From IMG/VR virus record IMGVR_UViG_3300023176_005537, positions 64,001-128,000 of that record: DNA of 64,000 bases, one strand, 5' to 3'. The notes under the pieces were generated by a model. The model was not told the DNA's origin. It did no database searches and saw nothing but the letters and a program-made list of their open reading frames with translations. A program made the position numbers and the translations under genes. Source of the DNA: a virus. The first letter of the stretch is position 1; each line of letters opens with the position of its first letter. Of this stretch, positions 1-9,831 are shown piece by piece.

Positions 1-189
1 TAGCTTTCCTCCTGCTGCTATGGTAGCTGATTCCAGCTTTATTGCTATAAGATCTTCTAATGTTATTTGATCTATCTTAGAAAGAAAATTATTATCTATT
101 TTTCCTTGACTTTTTAATTCATTTATGATAGAATAAGACTTATAAGGTCTTTTTGTTTTAAGTTTTTCAAATTCATCCCAATAATTCAT
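1..189 (-). CDS. Hypothetical phage protein, partial (runs off the window start)
   Basis: Open frame from ATG at 189: MNYWDEFEKLKTKRPYKSYSIINELKSQGKIDNNFLSKIDQITLEDLIAIKLESATIAAGGKL...; AAGGA RBS and a sigma70-like promoter upstream. Not in the ORF track because it is truncated. Confidence 0.75.
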   Translation of the reverse strand, partial: MNYWDEFEKLKTKRPYKSYSIINELKSQGKIDNNFLSKIDQITLEDLIAIKLESATIAAGGKL

Positions 190-223
190 ACTAATATTTC
201 CTTTTTCTTTTTAAGCTTTAAAC

Positions 224-252
224 AGTATAACATAAAGATCTTATTATTTCAA
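224..252 (-). promoter_or_regulatory. Sigma70-like promoter for the leftward gene
   Basis: - strand TTGAAA-N17-TATACT with TG extension, in an AT-rich intergenic gap. Confidence 0.6.
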
Positions 253-306
253 TAAAAAAATAAATTAAATTATTTTTCAAATTAGGTTAAAAAATATAAA
301 AATGTA

Positions 307-315
307 TGTTATAAT
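307..315 (+). promoter_or_regulatory. Extended -10 promoter for the glycan operon
   Basis: TGTTATAAT 66 nt upstream of ATG 382, divergent from the 224-252 promoter. Confidence 0.5.
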
Positions 316-381
316 CTTTTTTAAGAATTTTAAAGATATTCTTTTTAAGCTATAAATTAATATTTCAAATAAGGTTTTAAT

Positions 382-1662
382 ATGAAGAAAACAAAGATCT
401 TAACCATTTCTGATCATCCTTATTCTCCTTCTGGAGTAGGAACTCAAACAAAATATGTTATTGAAGCTCTTCTTAAGACTGGAAGATATGAGATCCGAGC
501 TTTAGCAGGTGCTATTAAGCACGAGAACTATACTCCTCAAAAAACAGAAGAGTGGGGAGACGATCTTATTATTTATCCTGTTGATGGATATGGAGATCAA
601 GATTCAATCAGGTCTATTATCAGAAATGAAAAACCAGATCTTCTTTGGTTTATGACAGATCCCAGATTTTATGGTTGGCTGTGGGAAATTGAAAACGAAA
701 TCAGACCACTTATGCCGATGGTTTACTACCACGTCTGGGACAACTACCCTTATCCAAAATACAACAAAAAGTATTATGATTCAAATGATGTTATTGCTAC
801 GATTTCAAAGGTCACAGACGACATTGTAAGAACTCTTTCTGATGTGGAGTGTCATTACATCCCCCATGCTGTAGACTCTACGGCTTTCAAAAAGCTTCCA
901 GAGGCAGAGATCAAAGAACACAGAAAGAAAATCTTCAAAGACAACCTTCTTGATAAAGAAGGAAATGAAAAGATGGTCTTTTTCTGGAATAACAGAAATG
1001 CAAGAAGAAAGCAATCTGGATACCTTCTTTGGTGTTTCAAAGAATTTTTGAATGAAGTGGGTCATGACAAAGCAATCTTGATGATGCACACTGAACCAAA
1101 AGACCCGCACGGTCAAGATCTTGAAGCGATTATTCACGAATTGGGTCTTGTCAATGGAGAGGTGATCTTTTCAACAACAAAGTTGGATATTCCAACTCTT
1201 GGAAAGGTATACAATGCCGTTGACTGCACCGTGAACATTTCAGATGCAGAAGGGTTTGGATTGGCTACTTTGGAATCTCTTTCTTGTGGGACACCAATCA
1301 TCGTGAATATGACTGGAGGACTTCAAGAGCAGGTAACAAATGGCACAGATTGGTTTGGAATGGGTTTGTTCCCTTGTTCAAAGTCTGTTATTGGCTCACA
1401 ACCAGTACCTTACATCTATGAAGACCGCCTAAATCAAGAAGATGTTGTTAATGCTTTGCGTGATATGTATGAGCTTTGGAAAAACAAAGATCCTGAATTT
1501 GAAGCAATGTCCCAAATGGGAATGGAGCATGTTCAAGAAAACTACAATTATGAAAAGTTTTGTGAAACGTGGGTTGATCTGATCGATAAAACAGTGGAAA
1601 AGCACGGTTCTTGGGAAAATAGAAAAAATCATAAAACTTGGGTTTTGAAAGAGGTTGTTTGA
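382..1662 (+). CDS. Glycosyltransferase, GT-B/GT4-like
   Basis: N-terminal ISDHP..SGVG, RNARRK, EGFGLATLESLSCGTPII and GGLQE motifs. Confidence 0.9.
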   Translation: MKKTKILTISDHPYSPSGVGTQTKYVIEALLKTGRYEIRALAGAIKHENYTPQKTEEWGDDLIIYPVDGYGDQDSIRSIIRNEKPDLLWFMTDPRFYGWLWEIENEIRPLMPMVYYHVWDNYPYPKYNKKYYDSNDVIATISKVTDDIVRTLSDVECHYIPHAVDSTAFKKLPEAEIKEHRKKIFKDNLLDKEGNEKMVFFWNNRNARRKQSGYLLWCFKEFLNEVGHDKAILMMHTEPKDPHGQDLEAIIHELGLVNGEVIFSTTKLDIPTLGKVYNAVDCTVNISDAEGFGLATLESLSCGTPIIVNMTGGLQEQVTNGTDWFGMGLFPCSKSVIGSQPVPYIYEDRLNQEDVVNALRDMYELWKNKDPEFEAMSQMGMEHVQENYNYEKFCETWVDLIDKTVEKHGSWENRKNHKTWVLKEVV

Positions 1663-1663
1663 A

Positions 1664-1846
1664 ATGACTAGCGGGAGTTATGAATTGTGGCAAGTTTCTT
1701 CCTTGGGTAATGAAGTGTTTCCTATCAAGTTGATTAAAAAAGGAACTTATAGCGAAGTTGTTGAAAAATGGAATGAATTTTCAAAAAATTCTAAAACTCC
1801 ATGCAATGTTTACTATAAAGGTCAAGTTTTAGTTATTAAAAAATAG
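1664..1846 (+). CDS. Small hypothetical protein
   Basis: Fills the gap between two GT genes; GAGG upstream; start could be 1655 (TTG) or 1664 (ATG). Confidence 0.5.
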   Translation: MTSGSYELWQVSSLGNEVFPIKLIKKGTYSEVVEKWNEFSKNSKTPCNVYYKGQVLVIKK

Positions 1847-1856
1847 AGGTTATTTA

Positions 1857-3128
1857 ATGAAAAAGAAGGTTTTGATTAAAGCTCCAATGTTGAGTCGCTC
1901 TGGATATGGAGAACACGCTCGTTTTGTTCTCCGTGCTTTGCGGAGTAGAGAAGAGCTTTTCGACATTTATATCTTGAATATTCGCTGGGGCGAAACCGGC
2001 TGGATCTGGGAAGACAATGAAGAAAGGCAGTTTATTGATGAAGCAATCAAAAAAACTGTTTTGACACTTGAAGGTGCTAAAAAAGCAGGGCAACAAGTTC
2101 ATTTTGATGTTTCGCTTCAAGTTACCATCCCGCAAGAATGGGAGAAGCTAGCTGCCGTTAACATTGGCTGTACAGCCGGAACAGAAACAACTAAAATGTC
2201 CCCGCAATGGGTTGAAAAAAGCAACCTGATGGACAAGATTCTGGTTGTTTCAGAACATACAAAATATGCTTTTGATAACACAGTTTATAAATTTCAGCAT
2301 CCACAAACTGGACAAGAGATCGTTTTTAGAAATGAAACTCCTGTGGAAGTGACGCATTATCCAGTTCGTAAAGTTGCTCCTTGTCCAGAGTTTTTGGAAC
2401 TTGATTTCAAGCATGATTTCAACTTTCTTTGCAATGCTCAATGGTCCCCAAGAAAGAACTTGGAAAACACTGTTCGTTGGTGGCTTGAAGAATTTCAGGA
2501 CAAACCTTATGGCCTAATTCTAAAAGGAAACTTTGCCAAGAACTGTGTGATGGATCGAGAAAAGTTTGAGCAAAGAATCAATCACATTCTTAAAGACTTT
2601 GAAGACCGAGAATGTTCTGTTTATTACCTACACGGAGACATGACAGAAGAGGAACTCTCAGCCCTTTATCAGCATCAAAAAGTTAAATGCTTTATCAATT
2701 TGGCTCATGGTGAAGGGTTCGGCCTTCCTGTTTTTGAAGCGGCTTACTATGGACTTCCAGTAATTGCCCCTGATTGGGGCGGCGTGGTTGATTTTCTTTA
2801 TGCCCCAGATGATAAGGGAAAGAAAAAAGCTCATTTCTTGAAGGTCGATTATGATCTCAAACCAGTCCAAGAAGAGGCTGTCTGGGAGCCAGTTTTGATT
2901 AGGGACTCTCTTTGGGCTTTCCCAAAAAGGTTTTCTTATGTTTCACGACTGCGAGATGTCGTGAAAATGTATGGCATTTATCACGCCAAAGCGAAGAGAT
3001 TAAGAAAGTGGCTTTTGAAAGAGTTTGAAGCAGATAGCAAATATCAAAAAGTTTTGGAAAGCGTGAAGGAGAAAGATTTTGATGTTGATTCGTGGCTAGC
3101 CTCTTTGGGAGAAGAGGTTTATGATTAA
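1857..3128 (+). CDS. Glycosyltransferase, GT-B/GT4-like
   Basis: SRSGYGEHAR, PRKN, GEGFGLPVFEAAYYGLPVIA motifs. Confidence 0.9.
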   Translation: MKKKVLIKAPMLSRSGYGEHARFVLRALRSREELFDIYILNIRWGETGWIWEDNEERQFIDEAIKKTVLTLEGAKKAGQQVHFDVSLQVTIPQEWEKLAAVNIGCTAGTETTKMSPQWVEKSNLMDKILVVSEHTKYAFDNTVYKFQHPQTGQEIVFRNETPVEVTHYPVRKVAPCPEFLELDFKHDFNFLCNAQWSPRKNLENTVRWWLEEFQDKPYGLILKGNFAKNCVMDREKFEQRINHILKDFEDRECSVYYLHGDMTEEELSALYQHQKVKCFINLAHGEGFGLPVFEAAYYGLPVIAPDWGGVVDFLYAPDDKGKKKAHFLKVDYDLKPVQEEAVWEPVLIRDSLWAFPKRFSYVSRLRDVVKMYGIYHAKAKRLRKWLLKEFEADSKYQKVLESVKEKDFDVDSWLASLGEEVYD

Positions 3129-3967
3129 TGTATATCTTTTTGTCCGACTTCTTTTTAGAGCAGGGTGTGATCGGCGGAGGTGAACTGAATGATTATGAGC
3201 TTTTAAAAATATTATCCAATAAAGGCTATAAAGTAAAGAAAAAGAACACTTCTGAAGTTGATTTGAGATTTTTAAAAGAAAATATTGGAAATAACTTTAT
3301 TATTTCCAATTTTATATTCTTAAAAGAAGAGTGTAAAAAGTTCATTCAATCAGGGTTAAATTATGCGATATACGAACACGATCACAAATACCTAATCAAT
3401 AGAGACCCCTCCAAGTGTGAAGATTATATATGCAAAAAACAAGAATTAATAAATATAGGTTTTTATCAAAATGCAAAAGCCATTTTATGTCAATCTTTGT
3501 TACACGCAGAAATTATTAACAAAAACTTAAAGAAAATAAATGCTATAAGTTTATCTGGCAATTTGTGGTCCGAAGAGGATCTGAAATTGATGAGAAAGCT
3601 TTCAGAAAACAAAAAAAGTAATTTTTATTCAATTATAAATTCCATCAATCCAATAAAAAACACAAATATTTGTATTAAATACTGCCGGCATAAGCAGATT
3701 CCATTTAAGCTGATATCAAAAATGCCTAGACAGCAGTTTTTAACTGAATTATCTAAAAATGAAGGGCTGGTCTTCTTTCCCGGAGTTGTTGAGACATTAA
3801 ATAGGGTTTGCGTGGAAGCTAAAGCAATGAACTGTAAAGTTGTAACAAACAAGAAAGTTGGAGCTACATCTGAAGAATGGTTTTCCTTGAAGGGAGAGCC
3901 CTTATTGGAAGAAATGTATAAAATGAGAGAAAGCATTCCAAAGTTGATTATTGAGGTGTTTGAATGA
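3128..3967 (+). CDS. Glycosyltransferase-like protein (GT-B)
   Basis: GGGELND N-terminus and an ETLNRVCVEAKAMNC (E-x7-E) motif; sits in the glycan cluster. Confidence 0.7.
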   Translation: MYIFLSDFFLEQGVIGGGELNDYELLKILSNKGYKVKKKNTSEVDLRFLKENIGNNFIISNFIFLKEECKKFIQSGLNYAIYEHDHKYLINRDPSKCEDYICKKQELINIGFYQNAKAILCQSLLHAEIINKNLKKINAISLSGNLWSEEDLKLMRKLSENKKSNFYSIINSINPIKNTNICIKYCRHKQIPFKLISKMPRQQFLTELSKNEGLVFFPGVVETLNRVCVEAKAMNCKVVTNKKVGATSEEWFSLKGEPLLEEMYKMRESIPKLIIEVFE

Positions 3968-4866
3968 GAAAAGTATATATTAAATCTCACGAAGAAAACG
4001 CTGGAAAATACATTTATCGCGGCTACTTCAAAGCTTGGGAGGCACTAGGTTATGAAGTTGTGAATTATAAAAACCTTTTAGATATTTCAAATGATGAAGG
4101 TTTTTATTTGATGGCAGTGGATGCAGAAATCAACTCCACAAACATTCACGTTGTTAAAAAAGCAATAAAGGCTTACGTATACGTCCAGCCAAACACATTT
4201 CCAATGAAGTGGGGAACGCATCCCAATTTTGTATCATTGTGCCCAGACGATACAATTAAAGAGCTTAATGTTTTGGACAATGTTGTTCTATGGCACTGGG
4301 CAGACAGTTTTGAATACCATACAAAATGGAAAGGGATTAAAAAGCTTCCATTGGCTTTTGACTCTATCTCATATCAGATTGAAGAAGACGATAAATACAA
4401 CTTTGATTGCTGTTTTATTGGCACTTGGGCAAACAACGGCTTCAATGAAAAAAGAAAGATTTTATTAGATTATCTAGGAGAGTTTAAAAATAGCAATCTT
4501 AAGTGTGGATTTTTTATCAATCGTAATATCTCTCACGAGAAAGAGAATCTGATCTTATCTAGTAGTAAGATTGCAATTAACATTCACGATGCATATCAAC
4601 AAATGCTGGGTTTGGATACAAACGAAAGAACATTTAAATCTCTTGGGTTAACTGGTATTTTAGTGTCAGACTCTGTAAGACAAGTTAATACAATCTTTCC
4701 CAATGTACAACTGGCAAAAGATCCCAAAGAAATGGTTCAGATTGTAGGCGATTTACTGCTGAAAGACAAAGAACAAATTAAAGAAATGAAAAATTATAAT
4801 AGAAATAATGTATTAAAAAACCACACTTATATTAAAAGAGTTGAGGAGATGTTGAGCTTTGGATAA
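3964..4866 (+). CDS. Glycosyltransferase (CgeB / Glyco_trans_1_2-like)
   Basis: FIGT, SKIAINIH, NERTF and C-terminal HTYIKRV motifs. Confidence 0.75.
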   Translation: MRKVYIKSHEENAGKYIYRGYFKAWEALGYEVVNYKNLLDISNDEGFYLMAVDAEINSTNIHVVKKAIKAYVYVQPNTFPMKWGTHPNFVSLCPDDTIKELNVLDNVVLWHWADSFEYHTKWKGIKKLPLAFDSISYQIEEDDKYNFDCCFIGTWANNGFNEKRKILLDYLGEFKNSNLKCGFFINRNISHEKENLILSSSKIAINIHDAYQQMLGLDTNERTFKSLGLTGILVSDSVRQVNTIFPNVQLAKDPKEMVQIVGDLLLKDKEQIKEMKNYNRNNVLKNHTYIKRVEEMLSFG

Positions 4867-5587
4867 CAAACCGAAAGTTACAATCGTAATACCTTGTTAT
4901 AATTCTGAAAAATGGATTGAACAGAGTGTTAGAACTGCTTTGGATCAAGATTACGACAACGTAGAAGTTATCTTTGTTGACAATGAAAGTACAGACAGTA
5001 GCGTTGATATTGTTAGCAAGATCCAAAGTGATAAGCTTATTATGTCTTCTGCTCCGAACATATACCCACATTGTTGGGATGAGGCTAGAGAAGAAGGTAT
5101 TAGAATGTCTACCGGTGAGTACATTTTGATTATGGGTTCTGATGACTTTTTGGAGAACAATTTTATTTCAAATTGTATGAGCATTGTAATGAAGGTGCCG
5201 GATAAAATAAGGGTGCTTCAAAGCCCAATTAGAGGCATCAAGGGGCAAGAAGAGGGAGATGTTGGGTTCGTATCTTATTTTTACAATAACAAAGAACAAC
5301 TTAAACAGGAGTTGGTGAAGAGATGCGTGGTCAACACCCCAACGGTTTTGTACAAGAAAGATGTTTTATTAGAGACAAAGACAAAACCAAGCCAATATGG
5401 AGGAGCCGCAGATTATGATTTTTATTGCCAGTTGGTTGATAAAGGAGAATTCATTTTCCCTGTGAGTTCTTGGCTTGGGTTCAATTATCGTTGGCACCCG
5501 GAACAGGCAACTTGGAAGATGAAAAAACAACAAACGAATTATGACAAGAAAATCCAGAGATTTTGGAGGGAAAAGTGGAGAATCTAA
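4859..5587 (+). CDS. Glycosyltransferase family 2 (GT-A)
   Basis: VTIVIPCYN, VDNESTDSS, GSDD, ADYDF motifs; TTG start with GAGGAG RBS. Confidence 0.9.
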   Translation: MDNKPKVTIVIPCYNSEKWIEQSVRTALDQDYDNVEVIFVDNESTDSSVDIVSKIQSDKLIMSSAPNIYPHCWDEAREEGIRMSTGEYILIMGSDDFLENNFISNCMSIVMKVPDKIRVLQSPIRGIKGQEEGDVGFVSYFYNNKEQLKQELVKRCVVNTPTVLYKKDVLLETKTKPSQYGGAADYDFYCQLVDKGEFIFPVSSWLGFNYRWHPEQATWKMKKQQTNYDKKIQRFWREKWRI

Positions 5588-6198
5588 AAAAAAGAATTCT
5601 AGAAATAGCATATAAAAACAATCTATCGCATTTGGGAAGTTACTTCTCAAGTGTTGGTATCATTGATGAAATCTATAAAGAAAAGAAAAAGACAGATATT
5701 TTTATTTTGTCATCCGGACACGCAGCTTTGGCTTTGTATGTTGTTCTGGAAAAATATCACGATCTAGATGCAGAAAAGTTGTTTAAAAAACACGGAGGCC
5801 ACCCACATCGATGTGAGAGTGATTTTATCTATTGCTCGACAGGAAGTTTGGGAATGGGGTTGACGGTGGCTGTAGGCAGAGCCTTGGCGAATAAAGACAT
5901 CCACATTCATTGTTTGGTAAGCGATGGAGAAGCATATGAAGGGTCTATTTGGGAGTCCTTGAGGTACATTGAAGAGAAGAACATCAAGAATATAACAGTA
6001 CACGTAAATGTTAATGGGTATGCTGGTTATAAATGCGTTGATTCTAGAAAATTAGTTGAAAGACTTAAAACTTTCCTTCCGGACATTCAGATTCACTATA
6101 CCGATGTTGGTGAATATCCATTTCTATCCGGATTGAACGCACATTATCACATTATGAGCGAAGAAGATTATCAATCCGCAAAGGAGAGGTTCGAATGA
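5575..6198 (+). CDS. Transketolase-like, N-terminal ThDP-binding subunit
   Basis: HLGS, LSSGHA, TGSLGMG, SDGE..EGSIWE..N motifs; GTG start after GGAGG. Confidence 0.9.
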   Translation: MENLKKRILEIAYKNNLSHLGSYFSSVGIIDEIYKEKKKTDIFILSSGHAALALYVVLEKYHDLDAEKLFKKHGGHPHRCESDFIYCSTGSLGMGLTVAVGRALANKDIHIHCLVSDGEAYEGSIWESLRYIEEKNIKNITVHVNVNGYAGYKCVDSRKLVERLKTFLPDIQIHYTDVGEYPFLSGLNAHYHIMSEEDYQSAKERFE

Positions 6199-6671
6199 GA
6201 AGATACTTTAGTGAACTGCTTCATAGAGAAATGGGGCAAAATAAAGATATTGTTCTGATCACGGGAGACCTTGGTTATGGATTGTGGGATCGGATCAAGA
6301 TTGATTACGAAGACCGTTTTCATAATGTCGGAGCAGCGGAACAATTTATGATGGGGATGGCTAGTGGAATGGCGATGGAAGGAAAAATTCCAGTTGTTTA
6401 TTCGATTACTCCATTTTTGCTGTATCGGCCATTCGAATTTATACGAAATTATGTAGATCATGAAAAAGTGCCTGTCAAGTTAGTGGGCGGAGGCCGAGGA
6501 AAGGATTATGGATACTTGGGATTTTCTCACTGGGCAGAGGACGATGTGAAAATTATGAAGTGCTTTAAGAATATAGAGACTAACCACCCAAAGAGTGAAA
6601 AAGAATTAGAAGAATCTTTTCGTGATATGCTGTACAACAAAGGCCCCTATTATTTGAACCTTAAAAGATGA
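6195..6671 (+). CDS. Transketolase-like, pyrimidine-binding subunit (no C-terminal domain)
   Basis: GDLG, NVGAAEQ.M.GMASGMA, G.SH..EDD, GPYYL motifs; only 158 aa. Confidence 0.85.
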   Translation: MRRYFSELLHREMGQNKDIVLITGDLGYGLWDRIKIDYEDRFHNVGAAEQFMMGMASGMAMEGKIPVVYSITPFLLYRPFEFIRNYVDHEKVPVKLVGGGRGKDYGYLGFSHWAEDDVKIMKCFKNIETNHPKSEKELEESFRDMLYNKGPYYLNLKR

Positions 6672-6684
6672 GTAGGAAAGTAAA

Positions 6685-7542
6685 ATGAATAATACCGTGC
6701 TTGTCACCGGTGCAAATGGTTTTATTGCAAAAAGCATCATTCCAGAATTGGAGAAAAAATATAAAGTTATTTCTACAAATAGAGCTACTTTGGATGTTTT
6801 AGATGAGACCGAGGTAGACAACTTTTTTCAAGCTAATAAAGTTGACTACGTGGTACATACGGCGGCTTCCGGCGGAAAAAGAATTCATAAAAACGAAGAA
6901 AGATATTTCTATGAAAATTTGAAAATGTATGAAAACTTGAAAAAACATAGAGATAAGTTCAAGTTGATGATTGTTTTTGGTTCCGGAGCGGAATATTGCA
7001 AAGAAGAAAACATTGAAAACGTAGATGAAGAAAAGTTTGATAATAAAGAACCTCTTAATCATTATGGAAGAGCAAAGCAAGAAATAACAAAAAGCGTTAT
7101 CAATATAAACGACAACATATACAATATTCGTATTTTTAATTGCTTTGGAGTGAACGAAGAACCTCAAAGAATGATTAAAAATTCTATCTTAAAATATATT
7201 GAAAAGTGTGGTATAATAGTACACAAGAACAAAGAGATGGATTTTTTCTATGTGAAGGATTTGTATAGAATTATAGATCGCTTGATGTCCGAAGGTGGTC
7301 ATAAATTTAAGCAATTTAATGCTTGTTATATGGAAAAACAAACTTTATTGGATGTGGCAAACAAGATCAACAACCTAGACAACCACGATGTAGATATTTC
7401 CTTGTTGGATGAGGAAATGGATAATAGCTATTCTGGAAACGGCGCAAGGCTAGGCTCTTTGGGATTAGAATTCATAGGTTTTGACGAAGCAATTAAAGAG
7501 TATTATCGGGAGATTAAAAAATATGCAAAAACAGCTTCTTAA
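6685..7542 (+). CDS. NAD-dependent epimerase/dehydratase (extended SDR), probable NDP-sugar reductase
   Basis: GANGFIA Rossmann motif, GSGAEY, YGRAK (YxxxK). Confidence 0.85.
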   Translation: MNNTVLVTGANGFIAKSIIPELEKKYKVISTNRATLDVLDETEVDNFFQANKVDYVVHTAASGGKRIHKNEERYFYENLKMYENLKKHRDKFKLMIVFGSGAEYCKEENIENVDEEKFDNKEPLNHYGRAKQEITKSVININDNIYNIRIFNCFGVNEEPQRMIKNSILKYIEKCGIIVHKNKEMDFFYVKDLYRIIDRLMSEGGHKFKQFNACYMEKQTLLDVANKINNLDNHDVDISLLDEEMDNSYSGNGARLGSLGLEFIGFDEAIKEYYREIKKYAKTAS

Positions 7543-8878
7543 TGAGATTTTAAACTTGGTTAGTGAGTATGTTAAACAAAAGAACAAAGAAGAAAATGAC
7601 TGGAAAGAGGGCGATTGGGTTAAATATTCAGGACCAGTTTTGGATGAACGCGAATACAAAGAAGCAATCAGAACTCTCTTGAGCGGTTGGCTCATTTATG
7701 GCGAGAATGCAAGAAAGTTTGAATTAGAATTTGCAAAAGAGCTTGGCAAGAAGTTTGGAGTTTTGACAAACTCTGGAAGTTCTGCTAACCTTCTGATGGT
7801 GTCCACACTAACATCGAAAGATAAAAGATTGGCAAAATACCATCTTCCTCGTGGTAGTAAGTTTATTACTCCTGTGGTGTGTTTCCCAACAACTCTCAAC
7901 CCCATCATTCAGAATGGATATGAGCCAGTTTTTGTTGATGTTACGCTCCCTGATTTGAATCTGGATTTGGATCAAGTGGAGAAAAAACTAGAAGAAGATC
8001 CTGAAATTAAAGGAATTATTTTTGCTCACGTCCTAGGCAATCCACCAGATATGGATAGACTGATGGCCCTTGTGGAAAAATATGAACTAGTGTTTTTGGA
8101 GGATGCTTGTGATGCTCTAGGTTCAACATACGATGGTAAGTTGCTGGGCTCTTTTGGTTTGATGTCGACTTGCTCTTTCTTTCCAGCCCACCATATGACG
8201 ATGGGAGAGGGTGGTTTTGTTGCGACTAACCAAAACCAACTTCGAAGGGGATTGGCTAGTTTTAGAGACTGGGGTAGGGCTTGCTATTGCAATGAAAAGT
8301 CTCCCGGAGATGTCACATGTGCAACTGCTTGCGGAGATCGATTTAAGAATTGGTTTCCAGATTTGCCAGAAGTTACATATGATCATCGTTATGTTTTTGA
8401 TGAGATTGGGTACAACATTAAGCCACTGGATCTTCAAGCCGCAATGGGGCTGGAGCAGTTGAAGAAATTGGAAAAGTTTCATCAAGACAGAAAAGATAAC
8501 TTTGAAAGATTGTATGAAATCTTCAAGCCATATGGAGAATATTTTCATCTACCAAAGGCAACAGAAAAAGCAGATCCTAGCTGGTTTGGATTTCTTTTGA
8601 CTGTCAAAGAAGGAGCGCCCTTTAGTCGACATCAATTCCAAACATATATGGAAAAGCAAAAAGTTCAAACTAGAGCTTACTTTACCGGCAATGTTATGTA
8701 TCACCCCGGATATCGACATTTGGCTAAAGAGTACGGAGAGCTTAAAAAAGTATTTCCAAATGCTCACTTGGCAACAACCAGCACTTTGTTTTTGGGAACT
8801 TATTCTGGCTTGACTGAAGAGAAAATGAATTATATTAAAGAAAAGGTAGATGCCTTTTTTAAAGAATTGGGAGCATAG
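7523..8878 (+). CDS. rfbH: CDP-4-keto-6-deoxyglucose 3-dehydrase (E1, RfbH/DdhC; DegT family)
   Basis: NSGSSANLL, FPTTLNPI, EDACDALG, SFFPAHHMTMGEGG (His in place of the catalytic Lys), WGRACYC Fe-S Cys cluster, YDHRY. Confidence 0.88.
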   Translation: MQKQLLNEILNLVSEYVKQKNKEENDWKEGDWVKYSGPVLDEREYKEAIRTLLSGWLIYGENARKFELEFAKELGKKFGVLTNSGSSANLLMVSTLTSKDKRLAKYHLPRGSKFITPVVCFPTTLNPIIQNGYEPVFVDVTLPDLNLDLDQVEKKLEEDPEIKGIIFAHVLGNPPDMDRLMALVEKYELVFLEDACDALGSTYDGKLLGSFGLMSTCSFFPAHHMTMGEGGFVATNQNQLRRGLASFRDWGRACYCNEKSPGDVTCATACGDRFKNWFPDLPEVTYDHRYVFDEIGYNIKPLDLQAAMGLEQLKKLEKFHQDRKDNFERLYEIFKPYGEYFHLPKATEKADPSWFGFLLTVKEGAPFSRHQFQTYMEKQKVQTRAYFTGNVMYHPGYRHLAKEYGELKKVFPNAHLATTSTLFLGTYSGLTEEKMNYIKEKVDAFFKELGA

Positions 8879-8880
8879 AT

Positions 8881-9831
8881 ATGAAAATAGTTTATATTAC
8901 TGGCTGCTTGGGGTTTATGGGCTCACATACCACTAGAAAGGTGCTTGAGATGGGCTGGGAAGTGTGTGGAGTGGATAAGTTGACCTATGCAGCCAATCCG
9001 GATTATCTGGAAGAATTCAATAAATATCCAAATTTTAAATTCATTAATTCAGATATCAAAGATTTGAAATCGCTTTATGATTGCGATTATGTTATCAACT
9101 TCGCAGCCGAGTCTCACGTTGGAAACAGTATTATTGATAGTGATGAGTTTATTACCAGTAACATTGTTGGTGTTAAAAACTTGCTAGAACTGGTTCGGAG
9201 GAAACCTCACAACTGTAATGATAGGCCGATTTTGTTTCATATTAGCACAGATGAGGTGTATGGAGACATTGAAGAAGGTGCGCACAATGAAGAGTCCATC
9301 TTGAACCCAAGTAACCCATATTCAGCATCAAAAGCGGCTGCTGATATGCTGATCACAGCGTGGGCTCGAACATATGGAATTAAGTATCTTATCTTGAGAC
9401 CGACAAACAACTACGGCCCCGGCCAATATCCAGAGAAATTAATTCCGATTTCTGTCAAGAATTTGATGCGAAAGAAAAAGATCAAACTACACAACGAAGG
9501 CACTCCAGTAAGGAACTGGCTACATGTAGAGGATACGGCAGAAGCTGTTATTAAGATTGTAGAATCAGGCGAAGTTAATCAAGTATACAACGTTGCCGGT
9601 GGCTTTGAGCAGGCAAATGTGGATACAGTAAGGAAAATTATCAAAGCTTTCTTTGGTTCGGAAGAGAATTGGAGAGAACATGTAGACTTTTCAGAAGTTA
9701 GAGAGGGTCAAGATGTTAGATATGCAATTGATGACACAAGATTGAAAGAACTAGGATGGAAACCCTTGAAGGAATTCGATGAAGAGATTGTCGAGATTGT
9801 AAAAGAAGTAAGGAACAACTGGAGATGGTAA
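8881..9831 (+). CDS. rfbB: dTDP-glucose 4,6-dehydratase
   Basis: GCLGFMG, DKLTYA, FAAESHV, ISTDEVYG, YSASKA, NNYGP.QYPEKLIP. Confidence 0.9.
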   Translation: MKIVYITGCLGFMGSHTTRKVLEMGWEVCGVDKLTYAANPDYLEEFNKYPNFKFINSDIKDLKSLYDCDYVINFAAESHVGNSIIDSDEFITSNIVGVKNLLELVRRKPHNCNDRPILFHISTDEVYGDIEEGAHNEESILNPSNPYSASKAAADMLITAWARTYGIKYLILRPTNNYGPGQYPEKLIPISVKNLMRKKKIKLHNEGTPVRNWLHVEDTAEAVIKIVESGEVNQVYNVAGGFEQANVDTVRKIIKAFFGSEENWREHVDFSEVREGQDVRYAIDDTRLKELGWKPLKEFDEEIVEIVKEVRNNWRW

